Below are positions 10,192 through 21,013 of a stretch of 64,000 nt of DNA, piece by piece. The DNA is from Spirochaetia bacterium. Lineage in GTDB: Bacteria; Spirochaetota; Spirochaetia; SZUA-6; Bin103. How positions within the stretch are numbered: position 1 is the first letter of the stretch; every line of letters begins with the position of its first letter. The stretch is taken from assembly GCA_965208575.1 (NCBI GenBank), contig CBDBOV010000006.1:1344001-1408000 (forward strand). The letters run 5' to 3'. A program made the translations under genes and the position numbers. The notes beneath the pieces are model-generated. The model made no database searches. It had not been told where the DNA came from and saw nothing but the letters and a program-made list of their open reading frames with translations.

Positions 10192-11412
10192 ATGAACGTA
10201 GCGGTCGTGGGTGCAGGAATCGTCGGAGGGGCAATCGCGTTCCACCTTGCTCGCCGCGGGGCGCAGGTGACGCTGATCGACGCCGGCGAGCCGGGCATGG
10301 GCGCCACCAGCCACTCGTTCGCCTGGATCAACAGCTTCGGCAAGGAGCCCCGCCATTACGGCGCGCTGAACCGGCGCGCCCTCGACACCTGGGACCGCTT
10401 CGCGCGGCTGCTCGACGCCGACATCGGCCTGCACTGGGGCGGCCAGCTCACCTGGGCGGCCACCGACGCGGACGCCGACGCCCTGGCGCGCAAGGTTGCC
10501 GGGTTGCAGTCCTGGGGATACGTCGCGCGCATGATCGACCCGGCGGCGATGCTGCGCCTGGAACCCGGCCTCAACCCCGGGACCGTGAAGGCGGCCGCGT
10601 ACAGCGACAACGACGGCCACGTGCAGGGCACGCTCGTCGCGCAGACCTGCGCCAGCCGCGTGCAACAGCTCGGCAGCCGCCTCATGTTCGGAAGCGCCGT
10701 CACCGGCCTGACGATGCACGCCGGGCGGGTGACCGCGGTGCAGCTTGCCGGCGGCCCGGCGGCGGACGCCTCGGTGACGGACGCCTCAGTGCCGGGCGGC
10801 TCGGTCGCGGACGCCCCAGTGCGGGGCGCCTCGGCGGCGGCCACCTCGGTGGCATGTGACGCGGTGGTGCTGGCGGCCGGGGTGGCCACCACCAAGCTGG
10901 CGGAGATGGCGGGCGTATACGTCCCGCAGCAGGAGAGTCCCGGCGTGGTGGTGCGCACCGAACCGATGGCGCCGGTGCTGCGCACCGTTGCCGCGCTGTA
11001 TGCTCCGCCAACCGGCACGCACGGCCTCAAAGTCCACGTTCGGCAGAGCCCCGACGGCATCGTCATGATGGGCGAAGGCAGCCAGGAGTCGCTGGCGCGC
11101 GACGACTCGCCCGAGCACGCCGCCCGGATCCTGGCGCGGGCATCCGTATACCTGCCGGAACTCGAATCGGCCACGCCCGTACCGGTGCCGGTCGGGTACC
11201 GGCCCATGCCGGTCGACGGCCTGCCGGTGCTCGGCTACACCCGCGCCGTCCCCAACCTCTACCTCGCGCTGATGCACAGCGGCATCACGCTCGCCCCCCT
11301 GGTCGGCGAGCTGGCCACGATGGAGATACTCGACGGCGCCCGCGTCGACAATCTCGAACACTACCGTCCCGAGCGCTTCGACCGCGCCAGCGGCACCCGG
11401 GACCGCCAGTAA
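10192..11412 (+). CDS. FAD-dependent oxidoreductase (DAO/glycine oxidase-like)
   Basis: 'VVGAGIVG', 'GATSHSFAWIN', 'RPMPVDGLP', 'HSGITLAP'. Confidence 0.9.
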   Translation: MNVAVVGAGIVGGAIAFHLARRGAQVTLIDAGEPGMGATSHSFAWINSFGKEPRHYGALNRRALDTWDRFARLLDADIGLHWGGQLTWAATDADADALARKVAGLQSWGYVARMIDPAAMLRLEPGLNPGTVKAAAYSDNDGHVQGTLVAQTCASRVQQLGSRLMFGSAVTGLTMHAGRVTAVQLAGGPAADASVTDASVPGGSVADAPVRGASAAATSVACDAVVLAAGVATTKLAEMAGVYVPQQESPGVVVRTEPMAPVLRTVAALYAPPTGTHGLKVHVRQSPDGIVMMGEGSQESLARDDSPEHAARILARASVYLPELESATPVPVPVGYRPMPVDGLPVLGYTRAVPNLYLALMHSGITLAPLVGELATMEILDGARVDNLEHYRPERFDRASGTRDRQ

Positions 11413-11480
11413 CGCGAATTCGGCGGTTATGTCGGCACAAATCGCGCGAATCGTGCGGGACATACTCGCCCGTGCCGGGC

Positions 11481-12371
11481 TCAGCCCTTGATGCCGGTGG
11501 TGACGATGCCCTGGATGAAGCGTTTTTGGGCGATGAAGAAGATGATGAACGCGGGCAGGGTTACCAGCACGTTGCCGGCCATCACCGTGTGCAGTTCCTC
11601 GCGCATGTAGCCCTCGTGGTCGCTCCAGATCCGGAACAGGCGCAGCACGATGGTGTCCTTGTCGACGTTGTTCAGGTAGATGAACGGCGCGAAGAAGTCG
11701 TTCCAGAAGTCCATGAAGCCGAGCACGGCGACGGTTGCCACGGCCGGCATCATCAACGGCACGATGATCTGGGCAAAGATGCGGAAGGTGGAACAGCCGT
11801 CGATCTCCGCGGCCTGGTCGAGCTCCTCCGGAATCGACTTGATGAACTGCCGGAACAGGAAGATCCGGAACGCGCCGCCGCCGAAGAACCAGGGCACGAT
11901 CAACGGCTTGTAGGAGTCGATCCAGCGCAGCCAGTTGAACAGCAGGTACTGCGGGATGATCATGATCGCCGGCGGAATCAGCATGGTCATGATCAGGACG
12001 GCGAACCACACGTCGCGGCCTGGGAAGCGCAGCCGGGCGAACGCGAACCCGGTGATGGAAGCGGACACCAGCGAGCCGAACAACGCCAGCGCGGTGATGA
12101 AGATGGTGTTGGCCATCGGCCCCGGGAACGGCACCCGGTGCCAGGTGTCGGGGTAGTTGGACCAGGTCACCTTGGAGGGCAGCAGCGACAGGCCGTACGC
12201 CTCCAGGTATCCCGGCTTGAGCGACGTGGACACCATCCACAGCAGGGGCAGCAGGGCGACCGCCACCAGGAGCAGCAGCAGCAGGTACACGATTACCCGC
12301 CACGCCGACTTGCGGACGCGCAGCCCGATCGGCTTGCCGCTCACCGCCGCTGCCAGCACTCCTGAACTCAT
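11481..12371 (-). CDS. Carbohydrate ABC permease (MalG-like)
   Basis: 'IPEELDQAAEIDG' EAA loop; multiple transmembrane segments. Confidence 0.92.
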   Translation of the reverse strand: MSSGVLAAAVSGKPIGLRVRKSAWRVIVYLLLLLLVAVALLPLLWMVSTSLKPGYLEAYGLSLLPSKVTWSNYPDTWHRVPFPGPMANTIFITALALFGSLVSASITGFAFARLRFPGRDVWFAVLIMTMLIPPAIMIIPQYLLFNWLRWIDSYKPLIVPWFFGGGAFRIFLFRQFIKSIPEELDQAAEIDGCSTFRIFAQIIVPLMMPAVATVAVLGFMDFWNDFFAPFIYLNNVDKDTIVLRLFRIWSDHEGYMREELHTVMAGNVLVTLPAFIIFFIAQKRFIQGIVTTGIKG

Positions 12372-12396
12372 CGCACCAACTCCTTCGGCGTCATCA

Positions 12397-13281
12397 TCAC
12401 CCGGACCCCGCGTAGTACACCCAGCGCCGCGACCAGCGGAACAGGAACACGGTCAGGCCCAGGGTGAGCAGGAACATGATCAGGGCGATCGCCGCCGCGT
12501 AGCCCATCTTCAGGTAGGAAAAGGCATTGCGGTACAGGTACAGGAGCAGGGTGAGGGTGGCGTTGTTGGGGCCGCCGTTGGTCATCACCAGCGGCTCGAC
12601 GAACAGTTGGGTGGCCTGGATGCAGCCGATCACCAGGTTGAACAGCAGCACCGGCGAGATCATCGGCAGCGTGACCGCGATCAGCCGGTGGCGCATCTTG
12701 GCGCCGTCGATCTCGGCCTGCTCGTACAGCTCCTGCGGAATGCCCTGCAGCCCGGCCAGGAAGATCACCACCAGCGGACCCACCGACCACACCGACATTA
12801 CGGTGATAGTGGCGAACGCCAGCGGTTCGGAGCCGAACCAGTTGGGCGTGGGGCCGCCGAAGAAGCGCAGCACCACGTTCACCAGCCCGTACTGCGGGTC
12901 CATCATGCGGTTCCACAACAGCGCCAGCGCGTAGCCGGCCACGATCGAGGGCGTATAGAACAGCGTGCGCCACAGCCCCAGCGCCTTCACCTTCTGGTTG
13001 AGCAGCAGGGCGAGGAAAAACGCCGCGCTGACCCGCAGGCTCACCGAGAACACGATGTAGCGCAGGGTCACCGACAGCGAGGTGGGGAAGTTGGGATCCT
13101 CGGTGAACATCTCCACGAAGTGGCGCAGGCCGACCCACTTCGGCGGGTTGAAAATGTCGAACTTGAAGAAGCCCAGGACCAGGCCGTACCCGGCCGGGTA
13201 GAGCACGAACACGGACAATCCGATGATCCACGGGAAGATGAAGAGGTAGCCCTCGATCTTCTTCTTGGTCGAGCCTTTCAT
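12397..13281 (-). CDS. Carbohydrate ABC permease (MalF-like)
   Basis: 'LAGLQGIPQELYEQAEIDGA', 'GGPNNAT'. Confidence 0.92.
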   Translation of the reverse strand: MKGSTKKKIEGYLFIFPWIIGLSVFVLYPAGYGLVLGFFKFDIFNPPKWVGLRHFVEMFTEDPNFPTSLSVTLRYIVFSVSLRVSAAFFLALLLNQKVKALGLWRTLFYTPSIVAGYALALLWNRMMDPQYGLVNVVLRFFGGPTPNWFGSEPLAFATITVMSVWSVGPLVVIFLAGLQGIPQELYEQAEIDGAKMRHRLIAVTLPMISPVLLFNLVIGCIQATQLFVEPLVMTNGGPNNATLTLLLYLYRNAFSYLKMGYAAAIALIMFLLTLGLTVFLFRWSRRWVYYAGSG

Positions 13282-13292
13282 GGAGATGGGGC

Positions 13293-13329
13293 GGTGCCCG
13301 GAACCCGCCTCTCGGGGATTCCGGGCACC
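13293..13329. promoter_or_regulatory. Intercistronic stem-loop between the SBP and permease genes
   Basis: Inverted repeat ggtgcccggaa ... ttccgggcacc. Confidence 0.5.
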
Positions 13330-13355
13330 TGTCTCAGCTTACGCGGTGCCGGGGA

Positions 13356-14699
13356 CTAGTCCCAGCCCTTGGCGATCAGGCGGGCCACCTCTTTGTCGAC
13401 GTTGGCCGCCGTATCCTCGGGCGATTGCGTGTTGATGAGCAGCTTCTCCATCTCCGTGTTGAGCGCCTGCTCTATCTCGCCCGCATTGGGATTCTGGCGG
13501 TTCCAGTAGCGCGGGTGCTCGATCATGTCGATGATGTCGACGCGCAACCGGTAGCTCGGCGGAGCGCCGGGGATCTTCAGGTAGGCGTCCGAGAAGGCGA
13601 CCTCCTTGGACAGCGGGGTATCGCGGCGCATGGTCTCCATCACGAATGTGTTGCAGCACATGAACGCCGCCAACTCACGCGCGGCCAGCGCGTACTTGGT
13701 GCGTGCATTGACCACCCACGGCGACACCGTCATCTGGGTGGTGTGCGGGTCGCCCTTGCCGACGCGCGGAATGGGCGCGATGTCCCACTCGAAGTCGTCC
13801 ACCAGGATGGTGGTCTCCAGGTACCAGGTACCGACGATCTCCATCGCCGTGAGCCCCTGCTGGAACGCCTCGCCGGCGACGGTGGCGCCGATGCGCGGTC
13901 GGATGAACTCGTCCTTGTAGATGCCGTCTTGCAGCCAGCGCAGCGCCTCGGCCGCACCCGAGTCCACCATCTGGCCCTGCCGCCAGTCCTTGCCCGCCAG
14001 CCACGGCAGGGTGTTGGCCTCGTGCTCGTCAATCGCCCACTCGGCACCCCACGACCACAGGAACACCTGGTACCACATCGACCAGGCGTGCCAGATGTTG
14101 AAGCCCCACAGGTCGTTCACGCCGTCGCCGTTCTCGTCGACGGTGAGCTGCATGGCGGCTGCCTTGACGTCGTCCCAGGTCCAGTCGTCGGTGGGATGCG
14201 CGACGCCGTACTTGTCGAACGCCGTCTTGTTGTAGAGCAGCAGGAACACGTTCATGGCGTCCGGCAGGCCGAAGAAGGTTTCGCCGTCGCGCGAAGACGA
14301 GAACAGCGACGAATACCACTTGCTGTCGTCCAGCAGGCCGTGCTCGTGCACGGTCTCGGTGACCTCGAGCAGCAGGCCCTTGCGCCACCACAGCGGCGCG
14401 TTGCTGGAGCCGAGCAGGAACACGTCGGGCGCGTCGCCGGCGGCGATCATCGCCTGCACCTTCTGGTTGTAGTCGGCGGTGATGTGGCGGAAGGTGGCTT
14501 CCACCCGGCCCTCGCTCAGGCGCGCGAACTCGGCTGCGCTGGCGGCGTAGAAGTCGGCAACCTCCTGACCGCCCCAGGCGGACAGAATCAACGGTACCGG
14601 TTCGTCCGAACTTGCTTCGTCCGAGTCGCCGGAGGCGAACGCGCCGGCGCTCACGAGCAGCAGCACCGAGGCCAGCGCGAGGGGCGTACGAATCTTCAT
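13356..14699 (-). CDS. Sugar ABC solute-binding protein (family 1)
   Basis: Signal peptide, 'IAAGDAPDVF', 'LLYNKTAF', 'WTWDD'; RBS ggagg upstream. Confidence 0.9.
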   Translation of the reverse strand: MKIRTPLALASVLLLVSAGAFASGDSDEASSDEPVPLILSAWGGQEVADFYAASAAEFARLSEGRVEATFRHITADYNQKVQAMIAAGDAPDVFLLGSSNAPLWWRKGLLLEVTETVHEHGLLDDSKWYSSLFSSSRDGETFFGLPDAMNVFLLLYNKTAFDKYGVAHPTDDWTWDDVKAAAMQLTVDENGDGVNDLWGFNIWHAWSMWYQVFLWSWGAEWAIDEHEANTLPWLAGKDWRQGQMVDSGAAEALRWLQDGIYKDEFIRPRIGATVAGEAFQQGLTAMEIVGTWYLETTILVDDFEWDIAPIPRVGKGDPHTTQMTVSPWVVNARTKYALAARELAAFMCCNTFVMETMRRDTPLSKEVAFSDAYLKIPGAPPSYRLRVDIIDMIEHPRYWNRQNPNAGEIEQALNTEMEKLLINTQSPEDTAANVDKEVARLIAKGWD

Positions 14700-14920
14700 A
14701 TCGATCCTCCCTTGTGGTGAGTGAATGAAATGTGTGACGCGCTCCGCGTCACTTCAGGCCAGCATACGCTACGCCCGCAGGCTCTGCAAGCGCGCGCATT
14801 GACTCATCGAAAATCTAACCGTAGCGAAAGCATGCCTCATCTAAAAATCTAACCGAACGGGCTGGACCTTCCGGGTCCGGTTGGAGCCTCTCCGAGGGAC
14901 GTGAGGAGGTTCCGGAGGAG

Positions 14921-16195
14921 ATGGGGTTGAAGATGAGTTCAAGGCGAGAGCTCACCGAGCAGCACGCGCAGCGGTATCGTCGGGCGGGCAAGAAGGAGAA
15001 GGGGCGCATACTCGACGAGTTCGTCGAGTCGACCGGGTACCAGCGCAAGTACGCGATCCATCTGTTGACCTGGTGGGGACGGACCCGCATGGTGCGAGTC
15101 GACGGCACACTGGTGAAGCTGGTGGTCGGGCGTCCGCGGCCTGCCCAGCGCCGCGTGCGACCGCGGCGCTACGACCAGGAGGTGCTGGTCGCTCTGAAGC
15201 TGATCTGGTACGTGTTCGACTGCATGTGCGGCAAGCGCCTGGTGGTCGTGCTGCGCACCATGCTGCCGACGCTGGAGTCGTTCGGCGAGATCGAGCTGAC
15301 CGCAGCGGTGCGCGGCAAGCTGCAGACCATCAGCGCCGCGACCATCGACCGGCTGCTGCAGCAGGAGCGCGCACGGCTGCGCCTGAAGGGTCGCACGCAC
15401 ACCAAGCCGGGCACCCTCCTGAAGGATCAGATCGCGATCCGAACCTTCGCTGACTGGGACGAGCAGGAGCCGGGCTTCTTCGAGATCGACTTGGTGGGCC
15501 ATGAAGGCGGCAACGCGTCAGGCGACTTCTGCCACACGCTCACCATCACCGACGTTGACACCGGCTGGGTCGACCTGTACGGCGTGCAGAACAAGGCGCA
15601 GCGCTGGACCCACGAGGCGATCGACGCTGCCCGGCAGAGCCTGCCGATCGTGATGCGGGGGATCGACACCGACAACGGCAGCGAGTTCATCAATCATCAT
15701 TTGCTGCGCTATTGCGAAGCGCACGGCATCACGTTCACTCGGGGTCGCCCGCATCGCAAGAACGACACCTGCTACGTCGAGCAGAAGAATGGCCACGTGG
15801 TGCGACGGGCGGTCGGCCACCTGCGTTACGACACCGACCGGGAACTGGCTGCCCTCAACGCGATATACCGCCCGCTGTGCCTGCTGGTGAACTTCTTCTA
15901 TCCCTCGGTGAAGCTGGTGAAGAAAACCCGCACCGGCAGCAAGGTGCGCCGCATCTATGACGACCCGCAGACGCCGTATCACCGCATGCTGGCCTCCGAG
16001 TCGGTGAGCGAGAAGGTGAAGAACCGCCTCAAGCAGCAGTACGCGACGTTGAATCCGGTCGCCCTCAAGCGCGAGCTGACCAGGTTGACCGAGGATCTGC
16101 TGCAGCTGAACGTCAGCAAGACCGCCAAGGCCGCACCAAGCACGGTGCAAACACCGAGCGAGGAGCGTGGTGGCAGCGGTCGCACGGCAAAATGA
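14921..16195 (+). CDS. DDE transposase with rve integrase core (IS481/ISNCY-like)
   Basis: 'FFEIDLVGH', 'IDTDNGSEF', 'YVEQKN'; N-terminal 'KKEKGRILDEF'. Confidence 0.9.
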   Translation: MGLKMSSRRELTEQHAQRYRRAGKKEKGRILDEFVESTGYQRKYAIHLLTWWGRTRMVRVDGTLVKLVVGRPRPAQRRVRPRRYDQEVLVALKLIWYVFDCMCGKRLVVVLRTMLPTLESFGEIELTAAVRGKLQTISAATIDRLLQQERARLRLKGRTHTKPGTLLKDQIAIRTFADWDEQEPGFFEIDLVGHEGGNASGDFCHTLTITDVDTGWVDLYGVQNKAQRWTHEAIDAARQSLPIVMRGIDTDNGSEFINHHLLRYCEAHGITFTRGRPHRKNDTCYVEQKNGHVVRRAVGHLRYDTDRELAALNAIYRPLCLLVNFFYPSVKLVKKTRTGSKVRRIYDDPQTPYHRMLASESVSEKVKNRLKQQYATLNPVALKRELTRLTEDLLQLNVSKTAKAAPSTVQTPSEERGGSGRTAK

Positions 16196-16255
16196 CCCTC
16201 TCAGGCGGGTCTGACGGTCGATAATCGGAGAATGGGCGGTCAGCGATGAGAAAAC

Positions 16256-16319
16256 GTCGCCTCAGCCGCGCTGTAAGGCCCCTCCACGACACGAGGTGGT
16301 GTCTGGATACCCCCGTGTC
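16256..16319. repeat. ~65-bp direct repeat, copy A (copy B at 18228..18291; both mirrored in element copy 2)
   Basis: gtcgcctcagccgcgctgtaaggcc...acacgaggtggtgtctgga...ccccgtgtc on both sides of the passenger ORF. Confidence 0.9.
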
Positions 16320-16337
16320 TATGCATAACCATGCAAT

Positions 16338-18011
16338 TCAGTGCAACTTTATCCGCGACCGTAAGCCGGGTGGCGGAGTCCCGGTGCCGTCCCTGCAGTG
16401 CCTCGGCGAGGCGATTGCGGACCGCTGCCAGCCGGCTGCGTACCCGCCTGATGCTCTTTTCCAGGGCCCGGCGCACCGGTTCACGACCCGTGCGTCGGGC
16501 TCCGGCGGCGCAAGGTCATGGCTCGGCAGCGCGTCAAGGTTGAACTGCTCGCGCAGGTACTTGAAGAAGTTCTCCTGCGACCAGCGCGAGAACATGGCGC
16601 CGGCGACCTGCGCCAACGGCATCTGCGGGTGCGTGGTGATCACCGCCACCTGACGACCGTTGGCCAGACGCCGCCGGATCTGGCGCACCACCAGCCCGTT
16701 GCGCAGCATGATCGGCTGCTCGGCCAGATCAACCGCAGTCGTGCTGGTGCCGGCGGGACCATGGATCGGTACCTCGAAGGTGTGGAAGTCTTCCGGCAGC
16801 CAGTCCGCGCCGTTGAAGTTCTTGTGCCAGGTGATGCAGGCGATGCCACGCCGGGCCAGGCGCTTGAACAGGTCCGGGCTCCAGCCCTCGCGGTCGAACA
16901 CCAGGGTCAGCTGCGGGGTACCGGCCGGTGCTCCGGTCAGGTCGGGGGCCGCTTCGGTCACCACCCCCAGGTGCTGCAACTGCGGCACCACGTCGTGCTT
17001 GATCGCATTCACCGGCTTCGGGTCCAGCGCCTTGTGCAGGCACAGCAGCGGTGCGCCGCCGAGGGCGTTGATCCAGTAGCTCACCGACGCCGGCAGACAC
17101 AGCTTCTGGCGTGCGACGAAGTGTTTCGGCAACCGCCCGTTGCGCCCGGTGTACACCTTCACGTGGCCATCCACGGCCAGCGTCGTCCAGTCGTCGTCGT
17201 GCTCGCTGGCCCAGGTACGCGCCAGTACCGATTGCCAATCGCGCACGGTGTGCTCGGCGCTGGCCAGCAGCCTGATCTTGCGGCGCAGCGTCTTGGTCTC
17301 CGGACAGCGGTCGAGGCCGAGGATGGCGCCCCACTCGCCGGGTGCCTGGTAGCGCAGGCTCTCGGGGTTGCGCACCCGGGCCAGGGTCATGCAGGCGACG
17401 AACAGGAGGATGGTGGTCAGGCCGTAGAATCCGGCCGGCAGGCGGAACAGGCGGTTGGCGGCGGTGAGCAGGCCCTCGCGCAGCAGCATCGCCAGTGCGG
17501 CCAGCACGCCGCCGCCAGCGACCGCGTGGGCGGGCTCGACGAACGCTGGTGTGGCCTCGGTCAGCAGGCCGGCTCTGGCGAGCGTGCGGCGTTCCACGTC
17601 GCGCGCCGCGCGGCCCATGGGCGCGTGCTTGTCGCGGGCGTCGCGGCTGGCGCGCTCAGTGGCGACCGCCGGGTCGCTGACCGCGGCGGCGGTGCTGACC
17701 GGGTGATCAGTGGTGGTGGCCGCCGGCGCAACCTCGGCGCTGGCGGCGGGCTCCCGGGTGGGATCTGTGATGACGCCGGCGCGGCGGTTCTCGTTGAAGG
17801 TGCTCACCGGGATGCCGAGTTCGCGAGCGCAGGCTGAGCCGCTCATCCCGGAAGCGAGCAGCTTGGCTGCCTGGTCCGCCATCTCGGCGTCGTCCACGGT
17901 GGCCTCCACGGCACCGCGCCGGCTGACTCCGGTCGGGCTACGCCCTCCGTCCGTCAGCGGGGTACAGCATCTCCTCCGCCCCGTTCGATCCCGACGGCTC
18001 CGGTGTCGCAA
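16338..18011 (-). pseudogene. Putative DDE transposase fragment, frameshifted near the 3' end
   Basis: 'LAVDGHVKVY', 'LVFDREGWS', 'RWSQENFFKY'; homology appears to continue as 'RRALEKSIRR' in another frame. Confidence 0.75.
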
Positions 18012-18706
18012 CCTCGTCGCCTACCCCGTCCCGGCGGTGGGGAATTGTCATGACCCTGCCCCGGGCAACGCACCTCGGTGCAGTTGTCCGGGGCGCCTCG
18101 CTCCGTGCGCTCCGCAGCAACCTGCGCGCCGCTCGCGGCGTGGGCGGCATCACCCGGCTCGGCAAATGACTTCTGAGCGTCTCTGACGCCCGTATATCCG
18201 TGAGCCAGACGGTCGGCGTCAAGAAATGTCGCCTCAGCCGCGCTGTAAGGCCTCTCCGCGACACGAGGTGGTGTCTGGACATCCCCGTGTCACCAGCACC
18301 GAAGTCGCCTCCAGACCCGTCCGCCCCCTCTTCGGTCAGCGACACGACACGGCACCGACCACCTCCCTGCCGTTGACGCCTCCTCATCCGCGCCGACCAA
18401 CCAGATACGCCCCCGGTCGCGTTGGTGTGCTTGAATCAACCCGGCCGGTCGCCCAGCAGCCTATCCACTTATCCACAATTTATGAGTCTCCCCCCTCGCG
18501 CTCCCCCCTCGTTCTCCGCCTCCCTTTCGGTTAGATTCTTACGTGAGGCACGCTCACCGTAAGGTTAGATTTTTACGTGAGGCAATAGGGCGCGCTGGCA
18601 GCCGTGTCAGCACGGGCGCGGAGGGGGCCGGGCCAACCTCTACAACCGCACTCCCAGCGACTACCGGTAGCATTTTGGCAGACCTGTTGAGATATTGCGG
18701 CCCAAT

Positions 18707-18810
18707 ATGGCAACTGCGCCGAGATTCTTCGATGATCCGGCGGAGAGCTGCTTCCTGTTCGGGCGCGGGTTCTGGGCCGTGGAGGTCAAGAACGGCCGCT
18801 GCCGAACTGA
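18707..18810 (+). pseudogene. Internally deleted AAA/DUF4143-type ATPase remnant
   Basis: N-terminal 'PRFFDDPAESCFLFG' joined directly to C-terminal-like 'GFWAVEVKN'. Confidence 0.45.
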
Positions 18811-18871
18811 CTCCGCCGGGGTCCGGACATCGGAGCTCAGTAGTAGGGACTGTGGTTCGTGCGCCGGCCAG

Positions 18872-19885
18872 TCATTCCGGCGGCAGGCGCGGCGGCAGGG
18901 ACTCGAAGTCCGGCGGCAGCGGCGCGATCGCATACACCGACTCGCTCGGTGACTCGGCCAGCACAAACGAACCGGTGGTCCGAGCAGTGCTCAGGTCCAC
19001 GACCAGGAGCCGGTTGCGCTCGCCGACCAGTACCCGGTTGCCGCCGGCCGGGCACAGGCCGCGCAGGAACCCGTGCGGGGCAGACGGCGCGAGCGGCAGG
19101 GAACGGGCCACCGTGCCGTCGGCGCGCAGCACGAGCAGGGCGCCGGCGCCGGAGTCGAGCGACAGCACGGTGCCGTCCGGAAGCGGCGCGACGTTGTGAG
19201 TCGGCACGATGACGTCGTCGGCGACCGGGAGCGGGTCGGCCCGACCGTCGGCGCGCACGATCAACCCGCGCTCCCCGCCGTCCTCCGATTCAGTGCGTCC
19301 GAGCGATACCAGTGGGACGCCGCCCGCGTCGAAGCCGATGCCGTTGGCGTGCAGCAGGTTGCTGTCGGCCGCGTCGTAGCCGGCCGGATCGCGGTAGTCG
19401 ATGGCAGCGGAGAAGCGTCCGCCGGCGCCGCCGCCGTCAAGCAGGGCGGCCGGGCGCAGGTCGACGAGGTCGGTCAGCCGCCCGGCCGGGTCGAACACGG
19501 CCAGTGCGTCGTTGGCGGTCGAGCACACCCACAGGCGGTCGTCGTGGACGGCGATGTCGTGCACGTTGCCGCACCACGGATGGCTGATCGTGGCGAGCGG
19601 GCGCCAGGCGCGATCGAAGCGCAGCACCTCCGCACCGTTGGCGACCAGCAGCGTGCCGCCGTCCGCCGCCAGCCCGCGGCCGCCGCGGATGCCGCCGCGC
19701 GGGTTGGGCTCCCGCTCCAGGTACGGCGCCGCCGGCACCTCGCAGGATCCCTGCACGCCTCGTTCCAGGTCGACCACGTACAGGTGCCCGGACGGCTCCC
19801 CCGGCCGGCTGCCGCGGCAAATCGTCGACACCACCACGCGCCCCACGAACTCTCCCGGCAGGTCCGCCTGCCTCCCGCTGTCCAT
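18872..19885 (-). CDS. Hypothetical beta-propeller-like protein
   Basis: C-terminal 337 aa of the long ORF; repeated blades 'VHDIAV', 'HANGIGF', 'THNVAP', 'FLRGLC'. Confidence 0.7.
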   Translation of the reverse strand: MDSGRQADLPGEFVGRVVVSTICRGSRPGEPSGHLYVVDLERGVQGSCEVPAAPYLEREPNPRGGIRGGRGLAADGGTLLVANGAEVLRFDRAWRPLATISHPWCGNVHDIAVHDDRLWVCSTANDALAVFDPAGRLTDLVDLRPAALLDGGGAGGRFSAAIDYRDPAGYDAADSNLLHANGIGFDAGGVPLVSLGRTESEDGGERGLIVRADGRADPLPVADDVIVPTHNVAPLPDGTVLSLDSGAGALLVLRADGTVARSLPLAPSAPHGFLRGLCPAGGNRVLVGERNRLLVVDLSTARTTGSFVLAESPSESVYAIAPLPPDFESLPPRLPPE

Positions 19886-20143
19886 GCGACCGCGATTGTC
19901 GCCCGGATGCGCTGTCCGCGTAAATCGCGCCTGCACGAGAGTCACGAGAGTGCCGAGTTCGCGCCCCGGCTGAAGAGCTGCCGTCGGCGGCGAACCGCCG
20001 CATGCGAGCATGGCCCCGGCGCCGGCGTGCGGCGGCGCCGTCCCGCGGCCACCTCGGTGGGGCGTGAGCGGATAGCGGCGCCACACCAGGACCCACCTGC
20101 TTTGCAGACCGGTCGGCAATCCGGCAAGATGCGCTGACCGGAG

Positions 20144-20953
20144 ATGGCGGAAGTGGGCACGACACACGAGTTGGCAGCCGCGGTGGCGGCGGCGGAGCGC
20201 GTGCTGGTGTTTACCGGTGCGGGAATGTCGACCGCCTCCGGGATCCCCGATTTCCGCGGACCGCAGGGAATCTGGAAACAGCGCCGGCCGGTCATGTTCC
20301 AGGACTTCGTGGCCTCGGCAGAGGCGCGCCGCGAGCACTGGCGCTACAAGGCGGCCGGACACCGCGAGTTTTCGCAGGCGCGGCCCAACGCCGCCCACCG
20401 GGCGCTGGTAGCGCTGGAGCGGCTCGGCAAGCTGGACACCCTGGTGACCCAGAACGTGGACGGCCTGCACCAGGATGCCGGGCACGACCCCGAGCGGGTG
20501 GTCGAGCTGCACGGCACCAACCGGGCGATCGAATGCCTGTCGTGCGGGGCGCGCAGCGCGCCGGAGCCGGCCCTGGAGGAGTTCGAAGCCACCGGCGACT
20601 GCCCGCGCTGCCGGGCGTGCGGTGGGGTGCTGAAGACCGCCACCGTGTCGTTCGGCCAGCCGATGCCGCAGGCCGAACTGGAGCGCGCGTTTCGCGCCGC
20701 GCGCCGCGCCGACCTGGTGCTGGCGGCCGGCTCCACCCTGGAGGTACAGCCCGCCGCCGACGTACCGCTGGCCGCGGCCGGCGCCGGCGCCTTCTACGCC
20801 ATCGTCAACCGCGGGCCGACCGGCCACGACCGCTACGCCGATCTGCGCCTGGAGGGCGACGTGACCGAACTGCTGCCCTCCCTGGCGCGCGCCGTCGAGG
20901 CGGCACTCCCGGCCACCGCGGCCGGCAACGCAACGGGAGTAGGCGATGAATAG
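20144..20953 (+). CDS. cobB: Sir2/CobB NAD-dependent deacylase
   Basis: 'GAGMSTASGIPDFRG', 'TQNVDGLHQ', 'ELHG', CxxC pairs. Confidence 0.92.
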   Translation: MAEVGTTHELAAAVAAAERVLVFTGAGMSTASGIPDFRGPQGIWKQRRPVMFQDFVASAEARREHWRYKAAGHREFSQARPNAAHRALVALERLGKLDTLVTQNVDGLHQDAGHDPERVVELHGTNRAIECLSCGARSAPEPALEEFEATGDCPRCRACGGVLKTATVSFGQPMPQAELERAFRAARRADLVLAAGSTLEVQPAADVPLAAAGAGAFYAIVNRGPTGHDRYADLRLEGDVTELLPSLARAVEAALPATAAGNATGVGDE

Positions 20954-21013
20954 CGCACCATGGTGGAACCCGGCGGCGCGCGGGGCCGGAGGCGAGCACA
21001 ACGAGGGAACGGG

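Larger units (their letters stand above)
14795..18589 (+). mobile_element. 3,795-bp transposon, copy 1 (integrase-core transposase plus passenger transposase fragment)
   Basis: Each end has two tg(a/c)ctcaNNNaa(a/g)atctaacc-like repeats in inverted orientation; 5-bp TSD gcgcg at 14790-14794 and 18590-18594; mirrors 30613..34407. Confidence 0.9.
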
